Notes under the pieces: generated by a model
What the model saw: the letters and a program-made list of their open reading frames with translations, nothing else
Database searches by the model: none
What the model was told of the DNA's origin: nothing
In this document: positions 34,017 through 44,760 of the stretch, piece after piece
How positions within the stretch are numbered: position 1 is the first letter of the stretch
How the letters are laid out: every line of letters starts with the position of its first letter
DNA from: Acidobacteriota bacterium
GTDB lineage: Bacteria > Acidobacteriota > Vicinamibacteria > Vicinamibacterales > UBA2999
Assembly (NCBI GenBank): GCA_009694735.1
Contig: SHUG01000004.1
Span: forward strand, 6,888-70,887
Reading direction: 5' to 3'
DNA: 64,000 nucleotides
Translations under genes and position numbers: made by a program

Positions 34017-35707
34017 ATGCGTCTGGCTCTTTTCACTTTCTGCGGCTTGCTTGCCGTTGCCGCCTGCAACCAGCCGGCGCCGCCACCGGCCGCCACCAGC
34101 GCGCCCGCGGCTACGAAGCTCGGCATCCGTCCGGCCGGCGATACCGAAATCCAGCCCGACCTGAACCAGTTGCCCCCCGATGTGCGGAAGGTCTACGCGC
34201 ACATCGACGAGAATATCGACGCGCACGTCGAGAACCTGCAGAAGTGGATTCGCCAGCCGAGCATTTCCAACTCCGGCGAGGGCATTCCCGAATCGGCCGA
34301 GATGGTGAAGGGGTTCTTCGACGAGCTGGGCTGCCAGCAGTCGCAGGTCTTTGATGTCGGCGTCACCGAATACGGCTCGCCCGGCAACCCCGTCGTGTAT
34401 GCCAAGTGCGATGAGGGCGCCGAGAAGACGGTGCTGATCTACTGGATGTACGACACCATGCCCATCACGCAGCCAGATGCGTGGACGTCGCCGCCCTTCG
34501 AGGCGCGGCTGGTCGAGCAGGCGCCTTTCAAGAAGGTGCTGATCGGTCGCGGCGCCACCAACTCGAAGGGGCCGCAGATGTCGCAGTTGAACGCCCTGCG
34601 CGCCATCAAGGCAGTGCACGGCAAGTTGCCCGTGAATGTGATCTTCGTGGCCGAAGGCGACGAAGAGCGCATGGACATCGGGCTCCGCAAGTGGGTGAAG
34701 GATCACCCGGATCTGCTCGCCGGCGCGGACGCGATGCTGCTGTTCGGCAGCCAGTCGCCGAGCGGCGGTGGCGGCTATGGCGGCGGGTCGGAGGGCTGCG
34801 TCTACGTGGAGCTCACCACCAGCGGCAAGGCCTGGGGGCGCGGGCCGACCGGGTCGGACATTCACGGGTCCAACAAGCGCAGTGTCGACAGCCCGGCGTG
34901 GCGCCACATCAAGATGCTGGCGTCGCTCGTCTCCGAAGACGGCAACACCCCCTTGATCGAGGGCTTCTACGAGGGGATGCAGCCGATCGAGAAGTTCCAG
35001 GAAGCTGAACTGCGCACGGCGGCCGAGCGCACCGACCTGAAGGTGGCGGCAGAGAACATCGGCGTGGCGCGATTCACGTCCGACGATCCGTTCACCATGC
35101 TCAAGAGCCAGCGCTATGGCACGTCGTTCAACCTCGACGGCATCTGGGGCGGCAACATGTATGCGGGCGGCGCCGGCGCCATCCTGCCCAACAAGGTCAC
35201 CTCGAAGCACAATTTCCGCTACGTGCCGAACATGACCGGGCCGGGCATCGTCAAGAAGCTGCGCGCCCAGCTCGACAAGAACGGCTACAAGGACGTTGAC
35301 GTCAAGCTGATCGGCGACGTGCCATGGGCGAAGATGAGCGCCGATTCAGAAATTGGCCGCGCCATGCAGCGCACGTACGAAGTCATGAACATTCCGCACG
35401 GTGAGCCGCGCAACGAATGGTCGATCGGTGGCGGCGGCGCCGCCGCTGGCGGTTATTGGCCCGCCTACATGTTCGGCAACGGCGAGGTGGGCGAGAAGAT
35501 CTCCAACTTCAAGGGCGTGCCGATTGTCGGCGGCGGCGCCGGCCACGGTGGCCGCGCCCACGCCGCCAACGAGTACTACGTGATCGAAGGCGCCGGCAAG
35601 GTCTACGGCATGGCTGGCGCCGAGAAGGCCGTCGCCACGCTGATGTATGCGTTCGCCGGCAAGATTCCTCCTGCGCCCGCCAAGCCGGCGCCGCCGAAGA
35701 CCAACTG

Positions 35708-35708
<1 letters not shown>
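34017..35708 (+). CDS. M20 family peptidase, lipoprotein
   Basis: GGAGG SD, VAAC lipobox, [25 protein letters not shown]. Confidence 0.88.
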
Positions 35709-36420
<712 letters not shown>

Positions 36421-36421
<1 letters not shown>

Positions 36422-36482
36422 GCCACGCATGGCAGTCTCAAGTCAGCCGCTGAGATCTGTGTCATCGGCGTCATCCGTGGCC
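36421..36482. repeat. CACAGAT-family degenerate inverted element
   Basis: ggccacgcat ... atctgtgtc-atcggcgtc-atccgtggcc. Confidence 0.55.
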
Positions 36483-36493
36483 CTGGATTAAGC

Positions 36494-38026
36494 ATGCAGA
36501 AGTTCCTGCGTCATCCCGTTGTTGATACCGCGATCAAAGCTCTGAGTCGCAACCGGCTGCAGACGGTGTTGACCATGCTCGGCATCGCGGTCGGCGTGGC
36601 CACGGTGTTGGCCATGATGGCGGTGGGCGCCGGCGCGCAGCGGTCGATCGAGCAGCAGGTGAGGGCGGCAGGGCTGAACCAGATCACCATTCGCGCCGGC
36701 AACTGGCGCCCCAAGATTACCGACAGCGACGAAGCCGTCGCCCACCAGGGCGATGCCCGCGAGTCGTTGCGCCATCCGCTCGATCGCCGCAACCCGGACG
36801 TGCTGCCGATCGCCTTCCACCCGGAAGACGATCCGATGGAAAAGCACGATCACCCGACGGCGCGCCAGCGGCTCGGCGATCTCGAGGCCGGCCTGGGCTC
36901 GGCGGCGACCATGACCTTTGATGACGCCGAGGCGCTGAGGCAGCTGCCGGGCGTGCAGTACGTGGCCGGCGGCATCCACGAGAACGTTCGTGTTCACCTC
37001 GACCCTTCGACGGGCTCAGGGTCGCCCCGAGCAACGTCGAGGGGCGATCAAAAACGCTGGTTCACGCGCATGCATGGCACCGACGTGATGATGCCGTCGA
37101 TCAAGCGGGCCTGGACGTTTACCAGCGGGCGATTCTTCACCGAGCGCGAGCAGGATCGCGCCTCGCAGGTGGTCGTGCTCGGCCAGGTCGTCGCCGACAA
37201 GTTGTTTGGCCCTGGCGCCGCGCCGGTCGGTCGCGAGGTCATGCTCTGGAACCAGACGTTCGAAGTGATCGGAGTGGTGACCAGCGCGACGTGGGTGGTG
37301 CAACCCGCGCCGGGCGACGATCAGTTCGATGCCGTCTACATGCCGTATACGACCACGCAGCGGCTGTTGAACCTGTCGAAGCTGAACGACATCACGGTGA
37401 CGGCGGAATCGTCTGGCGATATCTCGCGATTGTCTCGCGAGATTACCAAGCTGCTGCGAATTCGGCACGGCATTGGCGACCACGAGGCGGACGACTTCAC
37501 CTTGATCACGCAGGCGACGAAGGCCTTGACCACCGGTGGCTTGCCGCCGAGCGTGGCGCGTGCCGTGGCGTCGAACGTGGCCGAGCTCGAGAAGGTGACG
37601 CTCGAGCAGTTGGCGATGACCATGGAGCGGGCGAGCCGGACCATGACGTGGCTGCTGGCTGCCGTCGCCGCCGTGTCGTTGCTGGTCGGCGGCATTGGCA
37701 TCATGAATATCACGCTGCTGTCGGTGACCGAGCGGACGAGCGAGATCGGCCTGCGCATGGCGGTGGGTGCGCGGGGCAAGGACGTTATGCGACAGTTCCT
37801 GTTCGAAGCGGTCGTAATCAGTGCCGCCGGCGGGCTCGCGGGCATCGTCGTTGGCGTGATCGCCTCGATCGGCATTGCGCGAACGCTGCAGTGGGCGACC
37901 GTGGTCTCGCCGCTCTCGGTGGTGCTCGCCTTTGGCATCGCCACCGCCGTCGGGGTGTTCTTCGGCTGGTACCCGGCCCGCCGCGCTTCGAAACTGGATC
38001 CGATCGTGGCCCTGCGCCGAGACTAG
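36494..38026 (+). CDS. MacB/FtsX-type ABC permease with a His/Asp-rich insert
   Basis: LTMLGIAVGV, GGIGIMNI, TERTSEIGLRMAVGA, PARRASKLDP. Confidence 0.92.
   Translation: MQKFLRHPVVDTAIKALSRNRLQTVLTMLGIAVGVATVLAMMAVGAGAQRSIEQQVRAAGLNQITIRAGNWRPKITDSDEAVAHQGDARESLRHPLDRRNPDVLPIAFHPEDDPMEKHDHPTARQRLGDLEAGLGSAATMTFDDAEALRQLPGVQYVAGGIHENVRVHLDPSTGSGSPRATSRGDQKRWFTRMHGTDVMMPSIKRAWTFTSGRFFTEREQDRASQVVVLGQVVADKLFGPGAAPVGREVMLWNQTFEVIGVVTSATWVVQPAPGDDQFDAVYMPYTTTQRLLNLSKLNDITVTAESSGDISRLSREITKLLRIRHGIGDHEADDFTLITQATKALTTGGLPPSVARAVASNVAELEKVTLEQLAMTMERASRTMTWLLAAVAAVSLLVGGIGIMNITLLSVTERTSEIGLRMAVGARGKDVMRQFLFEAVVISAAGGLAGIVVGVIASIGIARTLQWATVVSPLSVVLAFGIATAVGVFFGWYPARRASKLDPIVALRRD
37003..37044. repeat. 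intragenic 42-bp palindromic element (CCCTTCGAC...GCTCAGGG plus an inverted copy)
   Basis: cccttcgacgggctcagggtcgccccgagcaacgtcgagggg encodes PSTGSGSPRATSRG; no equivalent in the adjacent paralog. Confidence 0.8.
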
Positions 38027-38028
38027 AC

Positions 38029-38056
38029 CCCAAGCCTCAAGCCCCAAGCCCCAAGC
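38029..38056 (+). repeat. CCCAAGC heptamer x4
   Basis: cccaagc-ctcaagc-cccaagc-cccaagc fills the spacer between the permeases. Confidence 0.8.
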
Positions 38057-38057
38057 C

Positions 38058-39395
38058 ATGGTCCCCTTCCTCCTAGTCAGCGCCCAGATTGCCGTGCGTG
38101 CGCTTGGCCGCAACCGCCTGCGCACGGGGTTGACCATGCTGGGCGTGGTGATTGGCGTCGCCGCCGTGATTGCCATGGTGGCGCTTGGGACCGGCGCGCG
38201 CGGGTCGGTCGAGACCTCGCTCAAGTCGGCGGGCACCAACATCATCCAGGTCAGCGCGGGCAACTTCACGCGCGGCGGCGAGAGTATGAACATCGCCAGC
38301 GGGTTGGGCGCGGCGAGTACGCTGACCCCGGAAGATGCCGGCGCAATCCGGCAGATCGCCGGCGTGCAGCATGTCGCCGGCGGAGTACGTAACCGGGCGT
38401 TCGTGAAGTCGTCGCATCGGCAGTTTTTCACCCAGATCAGGGGCGTCGATCTCGCCCTGGCCGAGATCCATGATTGGGAGTGGCTTGGCGGCCGGTTCGA
38501 GGGCGGCGCCAACCAGGCGGTGATGGGGCGAGCCGCGAGCCGCGAGTTGTTTGGCGAAGGGTTCGATCCGGTCGGCGAGCGGATCACCATTGGCAATCGA
38601 GAGTTCGTCGTCGGCGGATACTTTCGCACCAACGACACCGACATGGACGAGACCGTGTTCGTAGCGCTCGCGGCCGGCCAGTCGATGCTGAACGTCCCGC
38701 ACTTGCACACCATCACGGTTGCGGTGGAGCAGGCCGGCGATGCCAGCCGGGTGGCTGAGGCGATCACCGTGCTGCTGCGGGAACGCCACCAGCGCGGCCA
38801 TCAGGCGGCCCGCGCCACCGGCCTGGGCGGTAATCAGCTGCCCGGCATCATGGCGAGCGCCGACGACTTCACCGTGAAGACCCAGGCCGCGGCCAACGTC
38901 ACCAAGGGGCTCTACACGTCGGTGGCGGCCTTTGCGCTGGCCAACATGCCCAAACTCGACGAGGTGACCCTGCAGGAAATGTCCAGTACGCTCAGCCGCG
39001 CCGGTTCGACGATGACGGCGCTGCTCGGGAGCATCGCGGCCATTTCGCTGATCGTCGGCGGCATCGGCATCATGAACATCATGCTGGTGTCGGTGACCGA
39101 GCGAACCAAGGAAATTGGCATTCGGCTGGCCGTCGGGGCGCGCCGTCGAGACGTGTTGGTGCAGTTCCTGGTTGAGGCGATGGTGATGAGCCTGATCGGC
39201 GGCGCGATCGGCGTGGCCATTGGCCTCGCCACGGCGCGAGGGATCACCGCCGTGCTCGACTGGCCCACGGAAGTGTCGTTGACGACGGTGGCATCGGCGT
39301 TTGCGATTGCCGCACTGGTGGGCATCGTCTTCGGCTACTATCCGGCTCGGCGGGCCTCACGGCTCGACCCCATCGAATCCCTGCGATATGAATAA
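38058..39395 (+). CDS. MacB/FtsX-type ABC permease
   Basis: LTMLGVVIGV, GGIGIMNIMLVSVTERTKEIG, LDPIESLRYE; ATG 38058. Confidence 0.92.
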   Translation: MVPFLLVSAQIAVRALGRNRLRTGLTMLGVVIGVAAVIAMVALGTGARGSVETSLKSAGTNIIQVSAGNFTRGGESMNIASGLGAASTLTPEDAGAIRQIAGVQHVAGGVRNRAFVKSSHRQFFTQIRGVDLALAEIHDWEWLGGRFEGGANQAVMGRAASRELFGEGFDPVGERITIGNREFVVGGYFRTNDTDMDETVFVALAAGQSMLNVPHLHTITVAVEQAGDASRVAEAITVLLRERHQRGHQAARATGLGGNQLPGIMASADDFTVKTQAAANVTKGLYTSVAAFALANMPKLDEVTLQEMSSTLSRAGSTMTALLGSIAAISLIVGGIGIMNIMLVSVTERTKEIGIRLAVGARRRDVLVQFLVEAMVMSLIGGAIGVAIGLATARGITAVLDWPTEVSLTTVASAFAIAALVGIVFGYYPARRASRLDPIESLRYE

Positions 39396-39762
39396 CATGC
39401 CCGCTCCCGGCACCCACGCGCACCGGCTGGCGCACGCCGCCTTGCGCCAGTCCACGAAATCCAACCTGGCGCGCAATGGACTGGTGGCATTCAGCATTCT
39501 CGTCATCTCGCTCGCGATCGGGATGGTGGGGTCCCACTGGCTGGCGCCCATGCCGTGGGTGGATGCGTGCCTGAATGCGGCGATGTTGCTGGGCGGCATG
39601 GGACCGGTTGACCCGCTCGTCCACGACGCGGCCAAGATCTTTGCCGGCGTGTATGCGATCTATTGCGGGGTGGCCTTCATCGCCACGGCCGGCCTGTTGA
39701 TCGCGCCGCTTGGTGCCTATTTCCTGCACCGCCTGCATCTCGATCAACCCAGCGTGTCATGA
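39388..39762 (+). CDS. small 2-TM pore-loop (K-channel-like) membrane protein
   Basis: TM-WVDACLNAAMLLGGMGP-TM; start 39388 or 39397. Confidence 0.65.
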   Translation: MNNMPAPGTHAHRLAHAALRQSTKSNLARNGLVAFSILVISLAIGMVGSHWLAPMPWVDACLNAAMLLGGMGPVDPLVHDAAKIFAGVYAIYCGVAFIATAGLLIAPLGAYFLHRLHLDQPSVS

Positions 39763-40254
39763 GGCCGGCGCCGTGAAGGGGATCTCGATCTCGAACGGCT
39801 GGCCGCGCAGCAAGTAGCTGACCTTGACGGTCACCTCGCCGGGCGCCACCGGCCGGCCAGACGCGACCCAGCTTTCACCGCTGTCATCGATCGCCAGCGC
39901 GAGCGATTCTTCAGGCGCGCCCTTGCGCCCAATCGTCATGGTCACCCTGTCGGCCTGCGAGGCCGGCAGCTCTTCGCGCACCGCGTCGCTGAACCAGATG
40001 CGGTGCCTGCCGGCGCGGTCAAGCACCACTTCGTAGTGCACCTCGCCGTTCATCAGCACGAGGCCGCCATGGTGAGCGGTGTGATCGCCGTGGGGGGTGG
40101 TGATGCTGGCGTGTTGTGCATCCCTGGGCTTGGCCGCCGTGTCAGCCGAGGGCGGAGCCGGCGGGGAGCATCCGGCGATGAGCACCATCGCACCTGAGCA
40201 CCCCAGCACCCGAGCACCCCAGCACCTGAGCACCCCAGCACTCCAGCACGTCAT
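39757..40254 (-). CDS. His-rich putative metal-binding lipoprotein
   Basis: IAGC lipobox, PHGDHTAHHGG...HYEVV; ATGA overlap with the upstream gene; alternative start 40188. Confidence 0.7.
   Translation of the reverse strand: MTCWSAGVLRCWGARVLGCSGAMVLIAGCSPPAPPSADTAAKPRDAQHASITTPHGDHTAHHGGLVLMNGEVHYEVVLDRAGRHRIWFSDAVREELPASQADRVTMTIGRKGAPEESLALAIDDSGESWVASGRPVAPGEVTVKVSYLLRGQPFEIEIPFTAPAS
40182..40253. repeat. GCACCYSA octamer tandem array (9 units, the two end units degenerate)
   Basis: gcaccatc gcacctga gcacccca gcacccga gcacccca gcacctga gcacccca gcactcca gcacgtca. Confidence 0.85.
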
Positions 40255-41267
40255 TTAAAGATGCTCGTGGGCATCTTGACGTGAACGCCCATCGTGCCGT
40301 CCACCAACTGCGTGATCGCGACGTCGCCCGCCATGCTGGTGAGCTGATACGCCTGGTGCTTGTCCATCTTCCTGGTCGCGGCCAGGAAGTCGACCATCTC
40401 CTGGATGGCGATGCGCGTCGCCTTGGTCAGGTCGACGTCCGTGCCCATGCTGATGAAGTGCGTGCTGGTTTCCGCGCGCGGCCAGGCCAGCGTCATGCCC
40501 TTGCGAACGGTCAGTTGCACTTTCCCGCGCAGCGATGTCTCGAGGCCGGTCTGATCGACCTCGCCGTCGCCCTGGGCGGCGTGGCCGTCGCCGATCTCGA
40601 ACAACGCGCCGGCGACGTGCACCGGAATCCACAGCGTGGTGCCGGCGACCAGTTCCTTGTTGTCGAGATTGCCGGCGTGAATGCCCGGTGGATTGCTGCT
40701 GATGCGCCCCTGGGCCGGCGGCGGCGCCACACCCATGCTGCCGAAGAACGGGCGCAGCGGCAGCACGATGCCCGGCAAGAACGTCGCGGTCATGGCCTTG
40801 CGGTCCATCTGGATGATGGTCGGCCCGCGGCCCGCGGCGCAGTTCTCGCGGACGAACCCGCTGCAGCCGTTGTAGCCATACGCGATGGGGAGATCGATCG
40901 ACAGGATCTTGACCTCGAGCGCATCACCCGGCTCCGCGCCGGTGATGAACACGGGTCCTGTGAGGATGTGGCCGCCGGGTCCGCGGTCCTTGACGTGTTC
41001 GACGATGGCGCGGAGCGAGGCCTGGACATCGGCGGCCGGGACGCCGGCCTTCTCGAGCCGATCTGGCGTCGATGTCAACAGCGTGTCGACGTCGATGATG
41101 TCGCCCGAAGCGATCGTCAGGACGGGTTTCGTCTCCGACCAATAGTAGCCGTAGGCAACCGTGGTGGGCGTGGCCTCCAGGCGATGGGTGCGGCGGGATT
41201 GGGCCGAAGCGGTTGCGGTCAGCACGAGCGCCAGGCTGACAAACAGAGACGAAATCACACGATTCAT
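40251..41267 (-). CDS. acetamidase/formamidase family protein with signal peptide
   Basis: GHILTGPV, GAEPGD, GNLDN, GDGHAAQGDGEV. Confidence 0.92.
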   Translation of the reverse strand: MNRVISSLFVSLALVLTATASAQSRRTHRLEATPTTVAYGYYWSETKPVLTIASGDIIDVDTLLTSTPDRLEKAGVPAADVQASLRAIVEHVKDRGPGGHILTGPVFITGAEPGDALEVKILSIDLPIAYGYNGCSGFVRENCAAGRGPTIIQMDRKAMTATFLPGIVLPLRPFFGSMGVAPPPAQGRISSNPPGIHAGNLDNKELVAGTTLWIPVHVAGALFEIGDGHAAQGDGEVDQTGLETSLRGKVQLTVRKGMTLAWPRAETSTHFISMGTDVDLTKATRIAIQEMVDFLAATRKMDKHQAYQLTSMAGDVAITQLVDGTMGVHVKMPTSIFK

Positions 41268-41296
41268 CCGCGCATTCTACTCGTATGCTATCGGCC

Positions 41297-42535
41297 ATGT
41301 CGCAGCCGTGGTACCGCGAAGTCAGCCGCCAACAGTGGAAAACCTTTCTCACGACGTTCGCGGCATGGACCCTCGATGCCTTCGACTTCACGATCCTCAC
41401 GTTCGTCCTCCTCGACATCCAGCGCAGCTTCGAGGTCAACCGCGGGCTGGCGGGCCTGCTCGGCACGGTCACCTTGCTGTTCCGTGTCGTCGGCGGTATC
41501 GGCGCCGGCACGCTGGCGGACCGCTATGGGCGCAAGGGCCCCATCCTGTTTTCCATCGCCTGGTACACGCTCTTTGCGTTCTTGAGTGGCCTGTCGACCA
41601 GCTACGTGATGCTGTTTGCCTTCCGCGGCCTGTTCGGCATCGGCATGGGCGGCATGTGGGCGGCCGGCATGCCGCTCGCGCTCGAGCAGTGGCCGGCCAA
41701 GCATCGCGGCATCGCCTCGGGCATCTTGCAGGGCGGCTACTCGTTCGGCTTTCTGCTGTCGTCGTTGGTCTACCAGCTGGGCTATCCGATGATCAGCGAC
41801 CGGCCCGAGTGGGCGTGGCGCATCATGCTGTGGGCCGGCGTCGTGCCGGCGCTCGTGGTCTTTGGTCTGATGTGGCGTGTGCCCGAGAGTCCAGTCTGGC
41901 TCGACAAGCGACGGCAGATGAAAGCACAGGGGCAGGCAGCCCGCATCTCGCTGGCCCGGCTGTTCGACCAGGACGTGCGGTGGGCGACCATTCACACCTC
42001 CTTGCTGATGGGTGGATTCGTCTCGATGTACCAGTCCACGACCTTCTGGTACCCCACGCTGCTCGGCGTCTTGAAGCAGCAACCGCTCGCGTTCCTGCTG
42101 CTGCTGAATGCCGGCGGCCTGATCGGCTCAGTCGCGCTCGGCGCGCTGTCGGAGAAGTGGGGTGGTCGCCGCGGCGCCGCCACGCTGGGCGTGACGCTCG
42201 GCCTGCTGGCTGCGCCAATGTTCCTGTTCTCGTCGAACTCGTGGCTGCTGCTGCTGGGTGCCTGGCTGATCGGCTTCTTCGCCTCCGGCGCCTGGGGCAT
42301 CGTGCCGGGCTACTTATCCGAGCGCTTCCCGACGGAAGCCCGGGGCGTCGGCACCGGCTTCACGTATCACGTCGGCGTGGGCCTGGGCTCATTTGCGCCG
42401 TACTTGATCGGCCGCCTACAGGACGGCGGCACCGACCTCAGGACGGCGATGCTCACCTGCATCCTGACCGCCGGCGTCTTTGTGATCGCGCTGCTCTGGC
42501 TCGGCCCCGAAACCCGCGGCCGAGAACTGGAATAG
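41297..42535 (+). CDS. MFS transporter (SHS/NanT-like carboxylate family)
   Basis: WTLDAFDF, ADRYGRK, GIGMGG.W, SERFPT..RG. Confidence 0.9.
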   Translation: MSQPWYREVSRQQWKTFLTTFAAWTLDAFDFTILTFVLLDIQRSFEVNRGLAGLLGTVTLLFRVVGGIGAGTLADRYGRKGPILFSIAWYTLFAFLSGLSTSYVMLFAFRGLFGIGMGGMWAAGMPLALEQWPAKHRGIASGILQGGYSFGFLLSSLVYQLGYPMISDRPEWAWRIMLWAGVVPALVVFGLMWRVPESPVWLDKRRQMKAQGQAARISLARLFDQDVRWATIHTSLLMGGFVSMYQSTTFWYPTLLGVLKQQPLAFLLLLNAGGLIGSVALGALSEKWGGRRGAATLGVTLGLLAAPMFLFSSNSWLLLLGAWLIGFFASGAWGIVPGYLSERFPTEARGVGTGFTYHVGVGLGSFAPYLIGRLQDGGTDLRTAMLTCILTAGVFVIALLWLGPETRGRELE

Positions 42536-42634
42536 TCCGCCTAAAGACGGACGCTACAGGGCAGTGTGGCTACAGGGCAATGTAGTGTCCGGCTTCTTGA
42601 CCACCGAAGCCTTGGCGTAGGTGGTTAGCCGGAC
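42535..42634. repeat. composite REP cluster with a nested second-family palindrome
   Basis: REP at 42535-42557; 16-bp tandem duplication at 42553-42584; REP at 42582-42634 whose loop holds accaccgaagccttggcgtaggtggt. Confidence 0.8.
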
Positions 42635-44008
42635 CTATGCCAAGGCCTTGATGATGTCCCAGCGCGTGATGATGTAAGTGGCGTCGAGCTTGAAGTCGCG
42701 CACCAGCACGGCAGGGCTCTCCGGCGTCAGCATCGCCGCCAGCGCATCCACGCTGGTCGAGATGTCGGCAAACGGAATGGCGGGTTGCATGATGCCCTCC
42801 ACCGTGCCATGCAGCACGTCGGGGTTCTTGACGATCTCCGAATAGAGATAGCCCTCGTTCACCGATCCCACCAGGCGGCCGTCGGCGGTGACTGGAATCT
42901 GTGAGTAGGCGTTCTCGGTGAGGATGTGCGCGGCCTTCTCCACCGTCTCGCTGCGGTCGATGGTGACGAGCGGCGCCTTCATCCGGTTGGCCACCAGGTC
43001 GCGCGCGGTCAGGCCCTTGCGGTCGATGAACCCCTTTTCGCGCATCCAATCGAGGTTGTACATCTTGCCCAGGTAGCGCGTGCCGTGATCGTGGAAGATC
43101 ACGACCACGGTCTCGCCCTTCTTGAAATGCTCGGCCAGCTGGATCAGCCCGGCCATGGCGGAACCGGCCGAGTTGCCGGCGAAGATCCCCTCTTCGCGCG
43201 CAATGCGGCCGGTCATGATGGCGGCGTCGCGGTCGGTCACCTTCTCGAAGTGATCGATCAGGCTGAAGTCCACGTTCTTGGGCAGGAAGTCTTCGCCGAT
43301 GCCTTCGGTGATGTAGGGATAGATCTCGTTCTTGTCGAAGATCCCGGTCTCTTTGTATTTCTTGAACACCGACCCGTAGGTGTCGATGCCCCAGGCCTTG
43401 ACCGAGGGCTTCTTCTCCTTGAGGTATTTCGCCACGCCGCAGATGGTGCCGCCAGTGCCGACGCCGACCACCAGGTGATCGACCGTGCCGTCGGTCTGAT
43501 CCCAAATCTCTGGCCCCGTCTGCTCGTAGTGGGCCTGTGCGTTCGACGGGTTGTCGTACTGGTTGGCCTTCCACGAATTGGGCGTGTCGCGCTCGAGCCG
43601 CGACGACACCGAATAGTACGACCGCGGATCTTCCGGATCGACGTCGGTGGGGCAGACGATCACTTCGGCGCCGAACGCCCGCAGCGCATCCACCTTCTCC
43701 TTGGACTGCTTGTCGGTGGTCGTGAAGACGCACTTGTAGCCCTTGATGACGGCGGCAATCGCCAGGCCCATGCCGGTGTTGCCCGAGGTGCCTTCGATGA
43801 TCGTGCCGCCGGGCTTCAGCTTGCCCGCCTGCTCGGCGTCTTCGATCATCTTTAGCGCCATCCGGTCCTTGATCGAGTTGCCTGGGTTGACGGTTTCGAT
43901 CTTGGCGTAGACGTCGGCCGCGACCAGTCCTCGCGGAATGCGGTTGAGGCGGACCATCGGCGTGTTGCCGATGGTCTCGAGGATGTTGTTGTAAAGCTTC
44001 TTGGGCAT
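42635..44008 (-). CDS. cystathionine beta-synthase (PLP enzyme plus CBS domain pair)
   Basis: NPGNSIKDR, TSGNTG, GVGTGGT, EGIGEDF, C-terminal CBS domains. Confidence 0.92.
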   Translation of the reverse strand: MPKKLYNNILETIGNTPMVRLNRIPRGLVAADVYAKIETVNPGNSIKDRMALKMIEDAEQAGKLKPGGTIIEGTSGNTGMGLAIAAVIKGYKCVFTTTDKQSKEKVDALRAFGAEVIVCPTDVDPEDPRSYYSVSSRLERDTPNSWKANQYDNPSNAQAHYEQTGPEIWDQTDGTVDHLVVGVGTGGTICGVAKYLKEKKPSVKAWGIDTYGSVFKKYKETGIFDKNEIYPYITEGIGEDFLPKNVDFSLIDHFEKVTDRDAAIMTGRIAREEGIFAGNSAGSAMAGLIQLAEHFKKGETVVVIFHDHGTRYLGKMYNLDWMREKGFIDRKGLTARDLVANRMKAPLVTIDRSETVEKAAHILTENAYSQIPVTADGRLVGSVNEGYLYSEIVKNPDVLHGTVEGIMQPAIPFADISTSVDALAAMLTPESPAVLVRDFKLDATYIITRWDIIKALA

Positions 44009-44059
44009 GCGGTGGTTGGCATCATACCCGCACGCCCCCCGCTTACGTGTGGTGCGGTG

Positions 44060-44644
44060 TCACCAGCCGGTAAGCACTTCTGGCGAGATGCCGAAGAACG
44101 GGAGCACCGTCGATTCGATCCGTTCGACGCCCCGGTACGTGCGGCGCGAGAGGATCCCCGCGTTGGTCAACTGCAACACTTCAATCTCACGCGTCAGTTG
44201 ATGCACCAGCCAGCATTCCCGCACACCGTAGGTGCAGAACCACCCCAGGCGTTCCTGCAGGTCGCCAATGCGCGGATGCGGCGACATCACTTCCAACACC
44301 ATGTCAGGCCCGCCCCAGATCCGGTCGGTGATGATGTCCTGGCGCTTGTTCGAGATGAAAAACAAGTCGGGCTGGACGATCAGCGCGCGGCGGGGATCGA
44401 GAATGACGTCGAGCGGCGCAATCCAGATGGTGCCCAGTCGATGCTGCCCCACGAACACCCGCAGCAGCACCGCCATTTCCAGCAGTAGATCCTGGTGGCG
44501 CGGCGACGGCGATTCGCCAACATGCACCCTGCCGTAGACGAGCTCCTGCACGCGGAGCGTCTCCGCCGTCTGCAGATACTCGCTCGTCGTCAGGATGTCG
44601 CCGTCACCCGGCAAAAGTCCGAACACCGAAGGTCGTTGGCTCAT
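44060..44644 (-). CDS. Uma2 family PD-(D/E)xK endonuclease-like protein
   Basis: ELVYG...P..RHQ, VQPDL, PDMVLEVMSP, GVRECWLV; GGAGG SD before ATG 44644. Confidence 0.88.
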   Translation of the reverse strand: MSQRPSVFGLLPGDGDILTTSEYLQTAETLRVQELVYGRVHVGESPSPRHQDLLLEMAVLLRVFVGQHRLGTIWIAPLDVILDPRRALIVQPDLFFISNKRQDIITDRIWGGPDMVLEVMSPHPRIGDLQERLGWFCTYGVRECWLVHQLTREIEVLQLTNAGILSRRTYRGVERIESTVLPFFGISPEVLTGW

Positions 44645-44717
44645 GACTCGTCCTCCCATGCCGACGACGATGCCATCGTCGTGGGAAGGACGCAAGAGAG
44701 CAAATACTGCGTACTAA

Positions 44718-44760
44718 CCCTTCGACTCGAACCGCCGACGCGGTTCTCGCTCAGGGCAAG
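44718..44760 (+). repeat. CCCTTCGAC...GCTCAGGG element with an internal hairpin
   Basis: cccttcgactc-gaaccgc-cgac-gcggttc-tcgctcagggcaag; overlaps the stop codon of the dioxygenase. Confidence 0.75.
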
